From Klebsormidium nitens (Eukaryota; Plantae; Klebsormidiophyceae): a DNA stretch of 64,000 bases. Each line of letters starts with the position of its first letter. Within the stretch, counting starts at the first letter, position 1. Location: NCBI GenBank assembly GCA_000708835.1, contig DF237119.1:98364-162363 (forward strand), given 5' to 3'. The notes beneath the pieces were generated by a model, which worked only from the letters and a program-made list of their open reading frames with translations, was not told where the DNA came from and made no database searches. The position numbers and the translations under genes were made by a program. Of the stretch, positions 23,051 through 35,283 are shown one piece after another.

Positions 23051-25505
23051 ATGGAGCGCTCTTCGGCTGCAGCTTCTGCAGCAACTGAAACAGAGCCCGC
23101 GCAATCTCAAAAAGAGGAACCCCAAACCTCTGGCGAAAGGGAGGAGAGCGGAGGAGGGAGCGCGCGCGCGGCCGCGGACGGGCGGCGCATCCTGTGCGCG
23201 TACGACGGGTCGAAGGGCGCGCGCGCGGCGTTCGAGTTCGCCAGCGAAAGACTCGCCTGCCCGTCGGAGCGGAGTGACAGCATAGTCCTTTACGAAGCCG
23301 TGGAGTCCATCAGCCGTGAGCTCCGAGTTCACCTACAATCACGGACTGGAAATTGATTCTAGAAATTTATTCCAGCAATACAGAATCTTTATAAGCAGTC
23401 TTTGTCTTCCATTCTGTGCGGATTACGTTTTCTTCAGTGTTATGGCGATTGAGAGCGAGGATGGATTCGAAATCAGAATCTTTTGATGGGAAGAGGGCAC
23501 ATTGGGTTAAGACTTGGTCAATTTTCTGCTTGAATTCACAGCCTATGAACGTTTTCCGTCAGAGCAATGCTTGTGTTTTTGTCGGTCCCAAATCCGGATC
23601 AATCTGAATAGCGATTTGCTTGCCTCGAAATAGCAACGGCGGAGAAAGGGATCTTCTAGACGTTATAATCTCTGGTCGATGTCCTGCCTGCGCACAGTCT
23701 GCCCAAAAATGGTTTGAAGCACAGTTTGTTTATCAAATGCTCTACAAAGAAAGCTCCGATCGCTCAAATCTGCAAGCAAGACTTTAATCATATGGTTCTC
23801 CGTCCGCTCTTTTGAAAATTGCTTGCGCCTTAACCTTCCAACTTCGCTGAAATAGACGAATCCAGTGAATGTGAATCTGGCGTCATCGTCTGACCCGTCA
23901 GTGCGCGCGCAGCGGCCACTTCGTTCATGGCCACGGAGAGCATGATTACGAAGCCGGAGTCGCTCCAGCGAGAAGAGACGCGGCGCATCAACCAGTCCCT
24001 CCAGGGACTTCAGGAGCTAGCCATGTCAACTAAGGTACGGCCACTCGCAACTTCCTTGAACTTTCCATAACATTCTTGAGTGGATTCTCTGCCAAACAGC
24101 ACAAGAATACTGAAGAGAGTTGCCGTGAACGTCGAAGATTTCTGAAGCGACAGCTTACGTATCGACTGCGCGTGTCGGGAATTGGTATACGTTATTAGGT
24201 GCCCATTTGTGTTGCTATTTCTGGACCAAATTACGAAGCTTTCACGTTTTCCGTACGATCTGAAGGCTTCAGGAATTCGCCTCTAGGGAGAGTGCTGAAT
24301 GGCTCTTCAAACCATTGCGCCCATATATAATACCGTTTTTATTTCTTTTTAATGTTATTTAGCCATTGGATGTCTCCGTGGCGGTTGGAAGCGGTGCTGG
24401 AAACTCTCACAAGTTTCCTTTCCTTTCTGATAGCTCAAACCTGAATTGACGCCTTTACGAAGAATCTATGTCCGCCATTTTCGCCGCTCAAAAGGTGCAA
24501 ATTACCGGAGCAGGTTATAAGCGTCTTGGACACTATTTTGCGAAATGGAAAAAGTCGAGACCTCCGTTTAGTAAGCAGCATTTGAGACCTTTCAATCTGG
24601 AGTTCTGTTCCTCTCGACCGGCAGAGGCTCTCTTCTTTAAGGGCAAAGGGCTTTGCGTTTTGACCTGGCAGCTCTCTTTCTGAAGCTTCGGTCGCTTTGA
24701 GCGCGCGCGCGACTAGCGGCGGTGTGGATGAACCTGACGTTATTCCCGGTTCTTGCTCCCAGGTCCCGTGTGAGCCGGTGGTAATGATGGGCGATGCCCG
24801 GGAGGCGATTCCCGAGTACATTGCCAAGCACCCGGTGGACCTCGTCGTGGTGGGCAGTCGGGGAATGAGCGCCATCAAGCGGTGAGCTGAATCTCCTGTA
24901 TACCCGAGCCTACATAGTTGCGAATCTGTGCCCTTTGAAAAGTGCACACTTTTGTCGGAATCGTTAAGTTGTGGCCTACCATACTCCAGAACGTGAAAGA
25001 ACGGAAAATACGGCAGCATATGGCACCAAAACTCAGCATTGATCAGAAGCCAATCCAGAGATGGATCCGTGACAACGAGCAACCTTGTGTCGCCTCATGC
25101 GAGGTAGGCCCGTGTGTTCTTCAAACCTTAAATGCTCCCAGATTTACGATAAGTCGTGCGAGAGAAAGTCTGTGAGCAACAACAAGGACAGCAAGTCAAT
25201 CCGTCCCTCTACTTCGATGAGTCAGAAAGTCCCCAAGAAACTGCTTATCCCCTTCTGGTTCATCTCCGCAGGTCCCCTCAGCATCTGCATCAATCCTGGG
25301 CGGGATCATGATTTCGGGGGACTGCGACCCCATAATTTATACGAAGCCATCAGAACAGTTTATCTTGAACATGAGTTTCCCTGTAAATAGCAGCTTTACT
25401 TGCATCCGTTCCGTGCTCTGCAGATTCTTCTTGGGGAGCGTCAGCACATTCCTGGTGCAACACTGCACGGTTCCGGTCGTGGTCGTTCCGCCGCCCGCGA
25501 AATAA
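23051..25505 (+). CDS. Universal stress protein paralog C
   Basis: Exons 23051-23315, 23913-24034, 24763-24881 and 25424-25505. Motifs ILCAYDGSKGA, GDAREAIPEYIAKHPVDLVVVGSRGMSAIKRFFLGSVSTFLVQHCTVPVVVVP. Confidence 0.95.
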
Positions 25506-26575
25506 GGGTAGCCCGTCGTGACACGTGGCAGGACCTGAGTCGTATCCGCATAGGTTGCCTACTACCTAGACGCATTCTCCACAAAAGTTACCTCGGAAGC
25601 ATACGTAGATAGTTTACTGCGTATGACTTGAATGCTTGGGCACATGTGCAGACGTCTTTAAAACTGGGAGAATATCCAGTATTGGTTGCCCGATAGCCGT
25701 GGATAAATGTGTTTGATCAGCAGTAGGATTGCCTTTTGACTGATATAAAGCTGCGTGATGTAGACAGGGATGATTGCACCGTCAATGATCTTGTGCACTT
25801 GGGTAGAAATATTCGGGCACTTTCTAGCCATCTGATCCAGGATGCAAGACTTGTAAACTTCCCCCCTTTTCGTTTACGGAACGCGTCCCAGAAATGCTCA
25901 TAGATTCGCTTGCGCGGAGCAGTGTCTTGGCTTGACAGAACGAGAGAAATGTTCTATCGAGTAGAATGAGGTATGCGGCGTCCCCCGACGGCTTACAATC
26001 GTTGCGATTTGTGGCGCGTCGAAAACGCTATCCAATTACAAGGCGACGTCGTTCACTGGCATAGTCGCTGATATTCCGACTTTGCCGATGCTACGTGAGA
26101 TGTTTCTTGGGCTTACGGTAAGGGAGCCCACTTTCTCCCTTGCTTTGGAACCAGGATCAAGCGCGGGTGCTTGAGGCCCTTATGTGCATCATAAAAGACC
26201 ATATCCACGGCCTCTTGAAGGTGCCCGAGGATCGACTATGCAGAGCTTCGCAAACATAAGAAAAGATCGCGATGTAGCTGATGCATAGGGTTTCACTCAA
26301 AACGGACCTTCAGTTGCAGACCGTTACCTGGTCTGATCAAATACGTGCATCAGTGACAGCGTTCCCAGATAATTGTGTTTCAACTTAGACGTAGCGCTGC
26401 AAGCATATCGGCGTCACGGCGCAAACATCTAGGCACCAATATAGACAACTATGATCGTATGATCGTGTCTTAACAGCTATTGCAGACTTCGAAAAGATTC
26501 TCGTTTGCTTCTACTTCTCGTTTGCTGGAGGCCGTACCTAACAGCTATAGTCTTCGAAGAGATCCCCGTTCGCTG

Positions 26576-29162
26576 CTACTCTCCGTCTGCCTGAGCCCGG
26601 ACGACCATGACCGGGACGGGGCTGTGGTCGACAAGATACGAACTGACGCTGCCCAAGAATAGCCTACAAGGCCGAGGGAGAGGGGTTAAAAGGCGATAAG
26701 AGGGGTTAACAGGGAGTAAGAGGGCTTAATGAATGACGTGGCACTAACCACCGCCAGCACCTAACTCTTGCTAACCAAAATTGGTCGATGGCGGCTTTTC
26801 TCTGCCATTCGGCTGCTTAGAAGATGCATCAGACGTCAGCACGCCTTCCCTACGATTAAAGGCTTGAAAATTGGGAAAAAGTGGTTCTGCGCGCTTTTAC
26901 GGTCGGGAGCTTCTGTAGATGGATTGGTGTGGTGTTCCGGGATTGATCTCTCTCTGGCCCATGCAGAGCCTTTATGAGCTGATTGACTTCCGACAGACCA
27001 TAAGATCGATGGCTTCCTACAAGGCATCCCGGGCGGCCGTCTGACTTCCTCAAGTTCGCAGTAAGATAAATGGGATGAATCGGCGGCACTAGGACGCTAT
27101 TCACAATTGCACTTACAGCGGTCAAAAGGTGTCCCAACTCTGAGAGACGTGTCCCAAGATCATCTTCCGATCGACAGATACAGCTTACCTCCATACGCGC
27201 CTGCTCAGCCGAACCAATGTTTCCCAGCGAAGATAGCTGCCCAACGGCCGAATATTAAAAATTCTCCTGGGTTGGACTGATTAATAATGTCCCCTTGAGC
27301 CATGCGCTTTGTACACATCTGCAAATCCAGGCGCACAATCATAGGCAGTAGAATACCTGAGGCTTCAGAAGAGGGTCAGAAAATGCTCACCGTCTCGTAG
27401 TGCTGAGACCCCGGCTGCCCACCACTAGGAGGTCCACCGGGTGCTTTGCGACGTACTCGGGGATCAACTCCCGGGGATCCCCCAAAAGCACCACCGACTC
27501 GGTGTGAACCTGCGCGCAACCTTCTCACCTTCAAGACGGTTATCAAGCGCCTCGTGCCCGTTGAAATTTGACAGAGCCCTTGGTGGTCTACAGATTGGAT
27601 TCGAGCATCCGTCGCCGCCCGTTAATTATGTTAATCTTTGACTGTAGCCGTCGGATCGAATCACAGCACTTTGCAGGCTCTTGAAAGGTTCCTAGAGAGC
27701 TCCGCAGTGCTGGTAAGTCTTCCCTTCTGAGCCCCTTTCCACAGGACGAAATGCTTATGCCTGCCCGAGAGCGGTCGTTCCCACGAAACGGAGCGCGGCG
27801 CGGCCGCGGCTTACCCCGCGCGCGTCCGCCTGGTCGCTCATGACGCGCAGCTCCGCGCCGCAGTTGAGCTCCTCCAACTCCTGGACGAAGTCGCTCTGCC
27901 GCTTGGTCATGTCCGCCAATATCTCGGCTGGAAAAAGGAAGGAACCTTCTTACTGCAGTTCTGCCTCCGGGAAAAGATTGCCCAACAGCTGAACTCAAAG
28001 TTGATGGACGGGTGAGAGCATCTTAGACTCATTAAGTGGGGTTTCTCAAACGGAGTGCGGTCTGCGGCCTGGTGATTTCGAAGGGATCTAGAATTGGCGG
28101 CAAAACTTAAGGGCCTTTGGTAGGATGGTTTTGATTGAGAGAGGCTTTTCAGATGCAATCAGCTCTATTTGAGATGGTCGACGTTGAAATAATTTCAGGC
28201 AAAAAGGTCACCTCGCAGCTCTATCAGGAGTTTGCGGTCAGACTATCTTCGTCAGGATTCTGGTTGGAAGAAAGACCAGGAGGGTTACTGAGACCGAGGG
28301 GCAGGGTTACCGAGAACGAAAAAAGACACCAGGAGGATTACTGGGAGCGAGCGCGTTGCCGAAAGTTCAGAAGGTGGAAAAATTGCTCCAGAAACCTGGT
28401 CGCTGCGGTTCGCCATCTGGAGTGTTGGCTGCAAAGTAGAAACTTTAGAAAGTGCCCAACCCGAACCGGCGTAGAGACTTTTCATCAGCCAACTGGAGAG
28501 GGTTAAAGTCGTTGAGAAGTAAGCAAAGAAGCTCCGGTTATCACGATTGAGGTGGCTCAGCTATGGCTTTTGGTCATGGCCCGAGTTTCGTGCAGACAAG
28601 ACGAGACGCCTCCTCGATATGGAAATCGACCTGCGCGGAACAGACAAGTCCTCTTCGACGGATCGACCTAGCTTGGATCATAAAGGCGCAAGCGTACCCG
28701 AAGTTTTCAATGGAAATAAATGGAGCAGATAACGCACAGCACATGTTGGCCGCGCGAAGTTGTGGACATTTTAAGGACAATTGGAAGCAAGAGAACTTGA
28801 TTCTCAATGACCCTACTAATTTAGATTCAAGAGCATCTCTGCGCTTGCACTCCTACAATAGATTGAATCATGTGGGGACACAGAAACGGAAGACGTGTCG
28901 AATCCGGAGAGAACAGTCATCAGTTCGTTAGCACGCAGAGCCTCAAAGCAGAAAGCTTACGGTTCAAAGGTCTGGCGGCTTCAAATAGCACGAGAATGTC
29001 GTTCCGCTCTGGAACGACCACTCTCTCCAGGGCGAACAGGAACGCGCGCACCGAGCCCTCCGAGCCGTCGATCGCGCACAGCACTCTCAATCCGACGGCT
29101 GGCGTTTCAGTTGAAGTCCCACACGAGCAGACTCTACCCTGAGCTTCCTCGTGATGATGCAT
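26576..29162 (-). CDS. Universal stress protein paralog D
   Basis: Exons 29162-28961 (an upstream in-frame ATG exists at 29225), 27927-27815, 27509-27391 and 26663-26576. Motifs VLCAIDGSEGS, GDPRELIPEYVAKHPVDLLVVGSRGLSTTRRLFLGSVSSYLVDHSPVPVMVV. Confidence 0.93.
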
Positions 29163-29992
29163 AGCTTGGAGCGATCCTTTCAACGAGAGCTTTCTTTGTT
29201 CCCTTCCTTTGACTTCAGGATCCAAACCCCACTGTGTTTCATGCTCTTTCAGCCAGACCTGTCGCTTGCTTGCAGAATGTGGGCACCAATGAGTTTTCAG
29301 CCAACCTCCTCAAGCAAGACTTATCTTCTAATTTATCTCCGAACTGCCACGCATATTCACTTCATCATTTCCCGACTGGAGGCGATGATGGCACCTCTGG
29401 ATCTGCTATGCTTACGGCGCATGCCGCCCTTGTTGAAGCAAGCTGTTGAATACCGTACACTACTAGCGGTTTGGCGGCGGAGCGTCAGATGCTTTCTTGC
29501 AGCGGTGTGTTCCTTCGGAGGAGTAGAGCAATGCCTCGTGAATGGAATCCTTAAGTAGAGTAGAGCGCCAGCATTCCGATTTGTAATCAACCCATGCACA
29601 AGCTAGTCTGTCCAGCTGGAAACCGTTCAAAGCTTCAAGTAGACGAGCCGTTTTACATTTTCGGTTTGAAGACTCATCTTCCAGTGATCTGAGCTGGACC
29701 TGACCGGCCACCCTTGGGGAACTAAGCGGACCGAATTTCGCCTCTCCGTTCTCCCGCTCTTGTAAGTATTGAACACTTGAGGAATCCCTCTTAGTCGAGG
29801 ATACGTGCATGTTTCGACAATGTCGGATCAGATCCGCTGACGTGAGAGCTAAAGCTCTCTTCCGAAGCGAAGCCCTTCAACTTGTAAGCCGACCGTCTTC
29901 CGAGTCGTGAGAAATCCGACGGTATGGTAAACGCGTCGTCCGTACACCTTGCCGAAACATCGAAGGATCGGTCGGGGCACCGTAAGTCTCGT

Positions 29993-30290
29993 NNNNNNNN
30001 NNNNNNNNNNNNNNNNNNNNNNNNNNNNNNNNNNNNNNNNNNNNNNNNNNNNNNNNNNNNNNNNNNNNNNNNNNNNNNNNNNNNNNNNNNNNNNNNNNNN
30101 NNNNNNNNNNNNNNNNNNNNNNNNNNNNNNNNNNNNNNNNNNNNNNNNNNNNNNNNNNNNNNNNNNNNNNNNNNNNNNNNNNNNNNNNNNNNNNNNNNNN
30201 NNNNNNNNNNNNNNNNNNNNNNNNNNNNNNNNNNNNNNNNNNNNNNNNNNNNNNNNNNNNNNNNNNNNNNNNNNNNNNNNNNNNNNNNNN
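29993..30290. other. Assembly gap (298 N) between the divergent USP-D and USP-E starts
   Basis: Run of N in the sequence. Confidence 1.
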
Positions 30291-30847
30291 TGAATACCGG
30301 TATGTTGGTTTCTAAGGATGTTTTTACTATGCACCGGTATCGAACGGGCTACCCCGCTGGTTCCGCTGGCCCGCGTTCGACGGTACGAAATCTGAAGTAT
30401 TCGTGGCACGTGCTTGCGATTCCACAAAACCAGCCGGTTAGAAAAATTCTGGTTCGGCGGTACGAACAAACCAGGAGTGACCTGGAGTGACCTGGAGTCG
30501 AACCGTGAGCGTGACTCGGACGTACACGGGCCTCGCCGGCGCCCCGGGCCAGCTACCAAGCTCGAAACCAGCAGTGGGCCGTCACTACTACAAGATTACC
30601 ATTGACTGAAGGGCACAGCTGATTCGGCGCTTTATATTCAATTGAGCTCAACTCGAGTAATTCATGAAGTCTACGGGATCGACTGAGATCCACTAGGCGA
30701 CCATTGCCTGTCTCGTCTCACCCGCATATTGCACTCTCAACCTTCCGGCAATCAGCTTTACTAAGTTCATAGTCCTACCTTCCGCAAACAAGCAACAGTC
30801 AATATCTTTCCAAGCACACAGCTCAGCAAGCGCATTCAGCTGCCGCC

Positions 30848-33800
30848 ATGGCTGACTCTGAAACCACCCCGGCCAAGCAGGCAGAAATCGAAGCGGCGCC
30901 GTTTGACAAACCTCTCTTAAGCCCGGGCGGCGCCCGGCAGCTGCTGTGCGCCGTCGACGGCTCTGAGGGGTCCAAAGCGGCGTTCAGATTCGTCCTCGAG
31001 AAAATGACGCTCCCAGAGCGGGGGGACAGAATCATCCTGTTCCAGGCGTGCCGGCGGGTCGACCGAGAGCTCGTTGAGCCGGGAACCCACTCCTACCAGA
31101 CGAGAGACTTCTTTACAGGTGCGAGTTCCTCATTTACAAAGTTTACAAGAAAAAGTCTGTTTTGCCTTTGCTTTGTAAAACGTGCAATTGCGTTGCGATT
31201 CTCTGTGCTTAATTCCGATCCATCTGGGACCCGCGTTTGCCAGCGCCCAAAAAGTGCGATGGAACTAGACGGTTCTGCTTCCCGGAAGCTTCTCACCGGC
31301 CGGGCAAATCAGTCGAGTCATTGACACAAACATTTAGCGGGAAATTTGGTACATCCTTTTGCTGCCTTCTGCTGCCTTCTGCTGCTTATGTAAGTTGAAA
31401 ACCGTCACATCAGGAAAGAATATCGCATGTGGGTACTTGACAGAATTTTCAAGATTCTCTGATTCAAACAGGTGGGCGATAGCCAAGGGCTGAAATGAAA
31501 TTGACGGACGCCCTTTCCCTATCCTCATTTCTTTTCTATCTTCTCAATTGATGTCGAGCAAGGGTCGGCCAATTTGTCGCGTACTCTACGTCTGATCCAA
31601 AATTAAGAGCTCTGGTTCCAGTTTTATCTCCTTACTCAATTAATAGCCAGTAAAGATGTCGTTTGCTTTCGACTCTGGAATCGTGGGTCCAGCCTGCTTC
31701 ACTCAAAGCAAGCCTGACTCTTTCTGAAATTTCATGTCTCATAAAACCAACGGCACAGCAATCCTCTACCTGATGAAAGTTCCGGATCGCCTAACCTCAG
31801 CGCAAACCTGTTCAGCGCTACCATTCACTTTGGAATGGCCAGAAACACAATATCAAGTTCTTTGCTCGTCTTGCTCACCTCGATCTCGAAGCTCCTGACA
31901 CCTGCCACTCTCCCGCTTTTCTTGCACCCCTCCTCTCCTTTCTTCACAAACTTCGACGGCTGATGCACACTCGACTATTTCGCAACCAAATTTCCCACCC
32001 GTTCCTCAATCACTTCAACATCATTTGACTGAACATAAGAACCTTATTTCTCTGAAAAGGGTTTCGGTGATTACCATTCCAATCTTACGTTCCTGAGAAC
32101 ATTTCCGTCATCGTCAGAAATTCTTCTCGTCTGCAGCTGATCTCGGCTTCATTGACGATGGGCATCGCAAGTCCGCCCAGGCAGAGCGCGAGCGCCAGGC
32201 GCTAAAGCAACTGGGGGAGCTGGTGAAGCTCGCTGACGTGAGCACCCGGGTGCAAAGTTTCCAAACGCTGTCTTGCCACTGCTGTGCTGACGTGATCTCT
32301 TTGGGGTACGGGTCGTTGTTCCGATCGCGCCGAGGTTGTCATCTGCTGATCCTTGATTGGTTTTCCATTCTTGATTCCTGCTTTCATCTTATCGACAATG
32401 TCTTCAGCCGTGTGAGGATCCCAATCCGTCAGAAATCTGCATTTCAAGCCTGTGGTCAGCCCGCTCCAAAGCGGGTCGCAAGCAGCTTTGAAATCTGCAA
32501 ATGCGGGTACTTCGACGAGGGGGCGTTTTTGCGACTCTTGAGTTTGTGACAGAGCTGGATTCCTGAGCTTAATATCACGTCCAGTCACTCAACCGAGCAA
32601 CTGTCGACAAGTTTACGAGTTCTGCGCCGCGGCTGCGCTCTTCTTGGTATAAAGGCGGTTTGAAACTTTCGACGAAATCAACCGTAGAACCAGAGATTAT
32701 TTCCGCACTGGTACCTTTTCTGTGGCGAGTCAGGCTTTTTTGTCAGATTCAAAACTCTCCGCACTGGTACCTTTTCTGTGGCGAGTCAGGCTTTTTTGTC
32801 AGATTCAAAACTCGAAGCAGTTACGGAATATTGCTGGGATGCCTAGTTGAAGCTTCGGACTCGAAACATCGTTTACGAAACCCCTGCTTGAATCGTAGAC
32901 CCAAGCGAGGCCACAAAGTCTAGTCAACCTTGTTCGCTCAGGATTTGTCGGCTTCCGTTTTGCGAAACTCCTGCTCTTTATGCTAGTACAACGTTTCCCG
33001 TCACCTTTCTCACTTCGACCACAATGCCCGCGACAGGCATCAGCGTGCGCAGACCCCAGCCTCACTTTCAAAATCGGTTGCGCGCGCGCACACGGCGGCG
33101 GTGCGCGCATTTTCGTGTATGGTGCATAGAGCCCGCCTCTCTTCTGCTCACCCTCAATTGCAATCGGGTATTGAATGACAAGGATGGTAAGAGTGAAATG
33201 GTCGCCTTAGCCAAGAGCATTTTGCCGCAGGTTCCCTGCGAGACGGTGGTGGTTACGGGCGACCCGCGGGACGAGATCCCGCGGTACGTCGCCAAGCACC
33301 CGGTGGACATCGTGGTGGTGGGCAGCCGCGGCCTGGGCACCGTGAAAAGGTACGTGGGCGATCAACATGAAACATTATTCTCACATTTTCTGATTCCGAC
33401 TGGAAGGCCCGGAAGCTCTTACAGAATGTATGGTTGAATCTGGGCTCTCCAATGCGGATTCACAACGTCGACGGTAGCCTAAGAAGTCAAAGAGTGCGTA
33501 AGTTTCGTGAGGGTAAACGAAGATCGTTTGCACCATCGAAGGATTGGTGACGTGAAATACTTCGACCAGCGCTTCGGGCACCGCTTCTAATCTTTTGCTG
33601 TCATTCAATCGCACCCCTTTCTTCGCTGTGCAAAATTGAAAAACGAAACTTTGACTTGCATTAGATTCTCAATCTTGAAGATCCTCCCTTCTATTTGGAA
33701 AACTCAATGTTACGTTCCGCAACTGTCAGCGCATGTTCGGTCTGGTCTGCGTACCAAATTCGGACACCAAGCAGGAACTCTTGTCGACACTTGCTGGCAG

Positions 33801-34070
33801 TCGGGAGTCTATCTAAAATTCGTCAAATCCTCAGAAGTCGGGAACGGCATCTTGACCAGCCTGACATGTGTCACAAGTGTTAGGGTCGTTGCGAAATATC
33901 CTAGCATCTTCCTTCTGCTCCGTGGATCCGGCAGTTATTCCAAGGCAAAAGTCTTTGGTTAATTTGCTCGCAGGTTGTTCCTGGGCAGTGTAAGCTGCGA
34001 CTTGGTTCGCCACTTGAGCGTTCCGGTCATCGTGGTGCCGCCGCCGTCAGCGGCGAAAGCGGTGAACTAG
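30848..34070 (+). CDS. Universal stress protein paralog E
   Basis: Exons 30848-31118 (donor shifted, see findings), 32137-32237, 33231-33349 and 33974-34070. Motifs LLCAVDGSEGS, GDPRDEIPRYVAKHPVDIVVVGSRGLGTVKRLFLGSVSCDLVRHLSVPVIVVP. Confidence 0.92.
32702..32813 (+). repeat. Perfect 56-bp tandem duplication in USP-E intron 2
   Basis: tccgcactggtaccttttctgtggcgagtcaggcttttttgtcagattcaaaactc occurs at 32702-32757 and 32758-32813. Confidence 0.95.
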
Positions 34071-35283
34071 AGCGGGCGGGAGTTGCAAACAAGGCTTCGA
34101 AGACCGCTTAAGACATGCAGAGTTGAGGTTCTTTGAGAGAGGTGTATTTGCCACTTCGTACTTGTACAGACTACTGTTGAGTGTAGAATTTGATAACTAC
34201 CTATGGTTCTCCAAAGTCTAGATAGACCACCGGGATCATGAGCAGATCGCAAACTGGGTTATAAGTCACTGGCTTGCAGACATGTTAAGGCTTGACAGAG
34301 CTTCTAAAAGGGGGATGCTGCTAAGCTTAGCTTTGGGCTGGAGAGTTGCTCCAAGTAGAAGTACGAAGTTCTAAAGCTTTGTAGAATTGTAATATCAAAG
34401 CGCATATATTATTTTGGTTTTGCATGTCAAGCGAACATCTATATGGTGGATGGCGGTGAATGAGGAGAGGTACGAGAAGTCACAGTTGCAGACAGAATAC
34501 CGACGTGCATGCTCACACTTTTCTGGCTTTTATTTGTCTGGGGAAAGAGATCAATATTACCTATCATCCAGCCGCAGGTCCTACATGCCAAGCAATAAGG
34601 ACACGCAGATCCATCTAGTTAACCATGGCATCCAATCAGAACAACGTGTACGATTTCTCTTGACCTACTAGATCCAAGCTCTCGCATGATGTAGATTGTG
34701 CACAGAAAGGCGTCCCATCATGAGGAGCTCTTATAGATGCGGCTCGTTGCAACAGTTGATAGCGTTCTCTTTGATAATGCACATGATCAAGACAAGTTTA
34801 GATGTGCTGCAACCGTTTCGAATTATGTCGAGACGACCGTAGCCTTGCACATGTTTACACCCCGGAAGCATCCTGGCATGGTCTGCATGTACGTACACGA
34901 GACAGATCATGAAGGCTCAACGGAGCCGCTTCACAGTTCTGAACTCGTCTCGATTCAAAATATTAGCGGAAAGCTGGGCGCTGATGCGCTTTGAATGTGC
35001 CCTACCAAGCAACACTGGCCAGTCTCTAGAGCGACTATATAGAAAAAACCGATCTCACAGGATATGGAAGTGATCTAAGACGGGTTGGCCCTGGTAGACG
35101 ATGTGCTGAGCGGATTCAATTGCCGGATTGTATAAAAACGGCCAATATCGCGCTCTCAAACTTTTGACTCAGAAAAACAAGACGAAAGCGCGCCCTGTCC
35201 AGTGAACTTTGTCTTTGCAATCTGCTTGAACCATACAAAGACACCAATTTAGTTTCACAGCTCTGACCGCAGGCTACCTTCTC

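Noticed and set aside
30583-30595. CACTACTACAAGA resembling a CACTA transposon terminus
   Set aside because: No matching opposite end or target-site duplication is nearby. The only reverse match (near 4053-4063) lies inside coding sequence.
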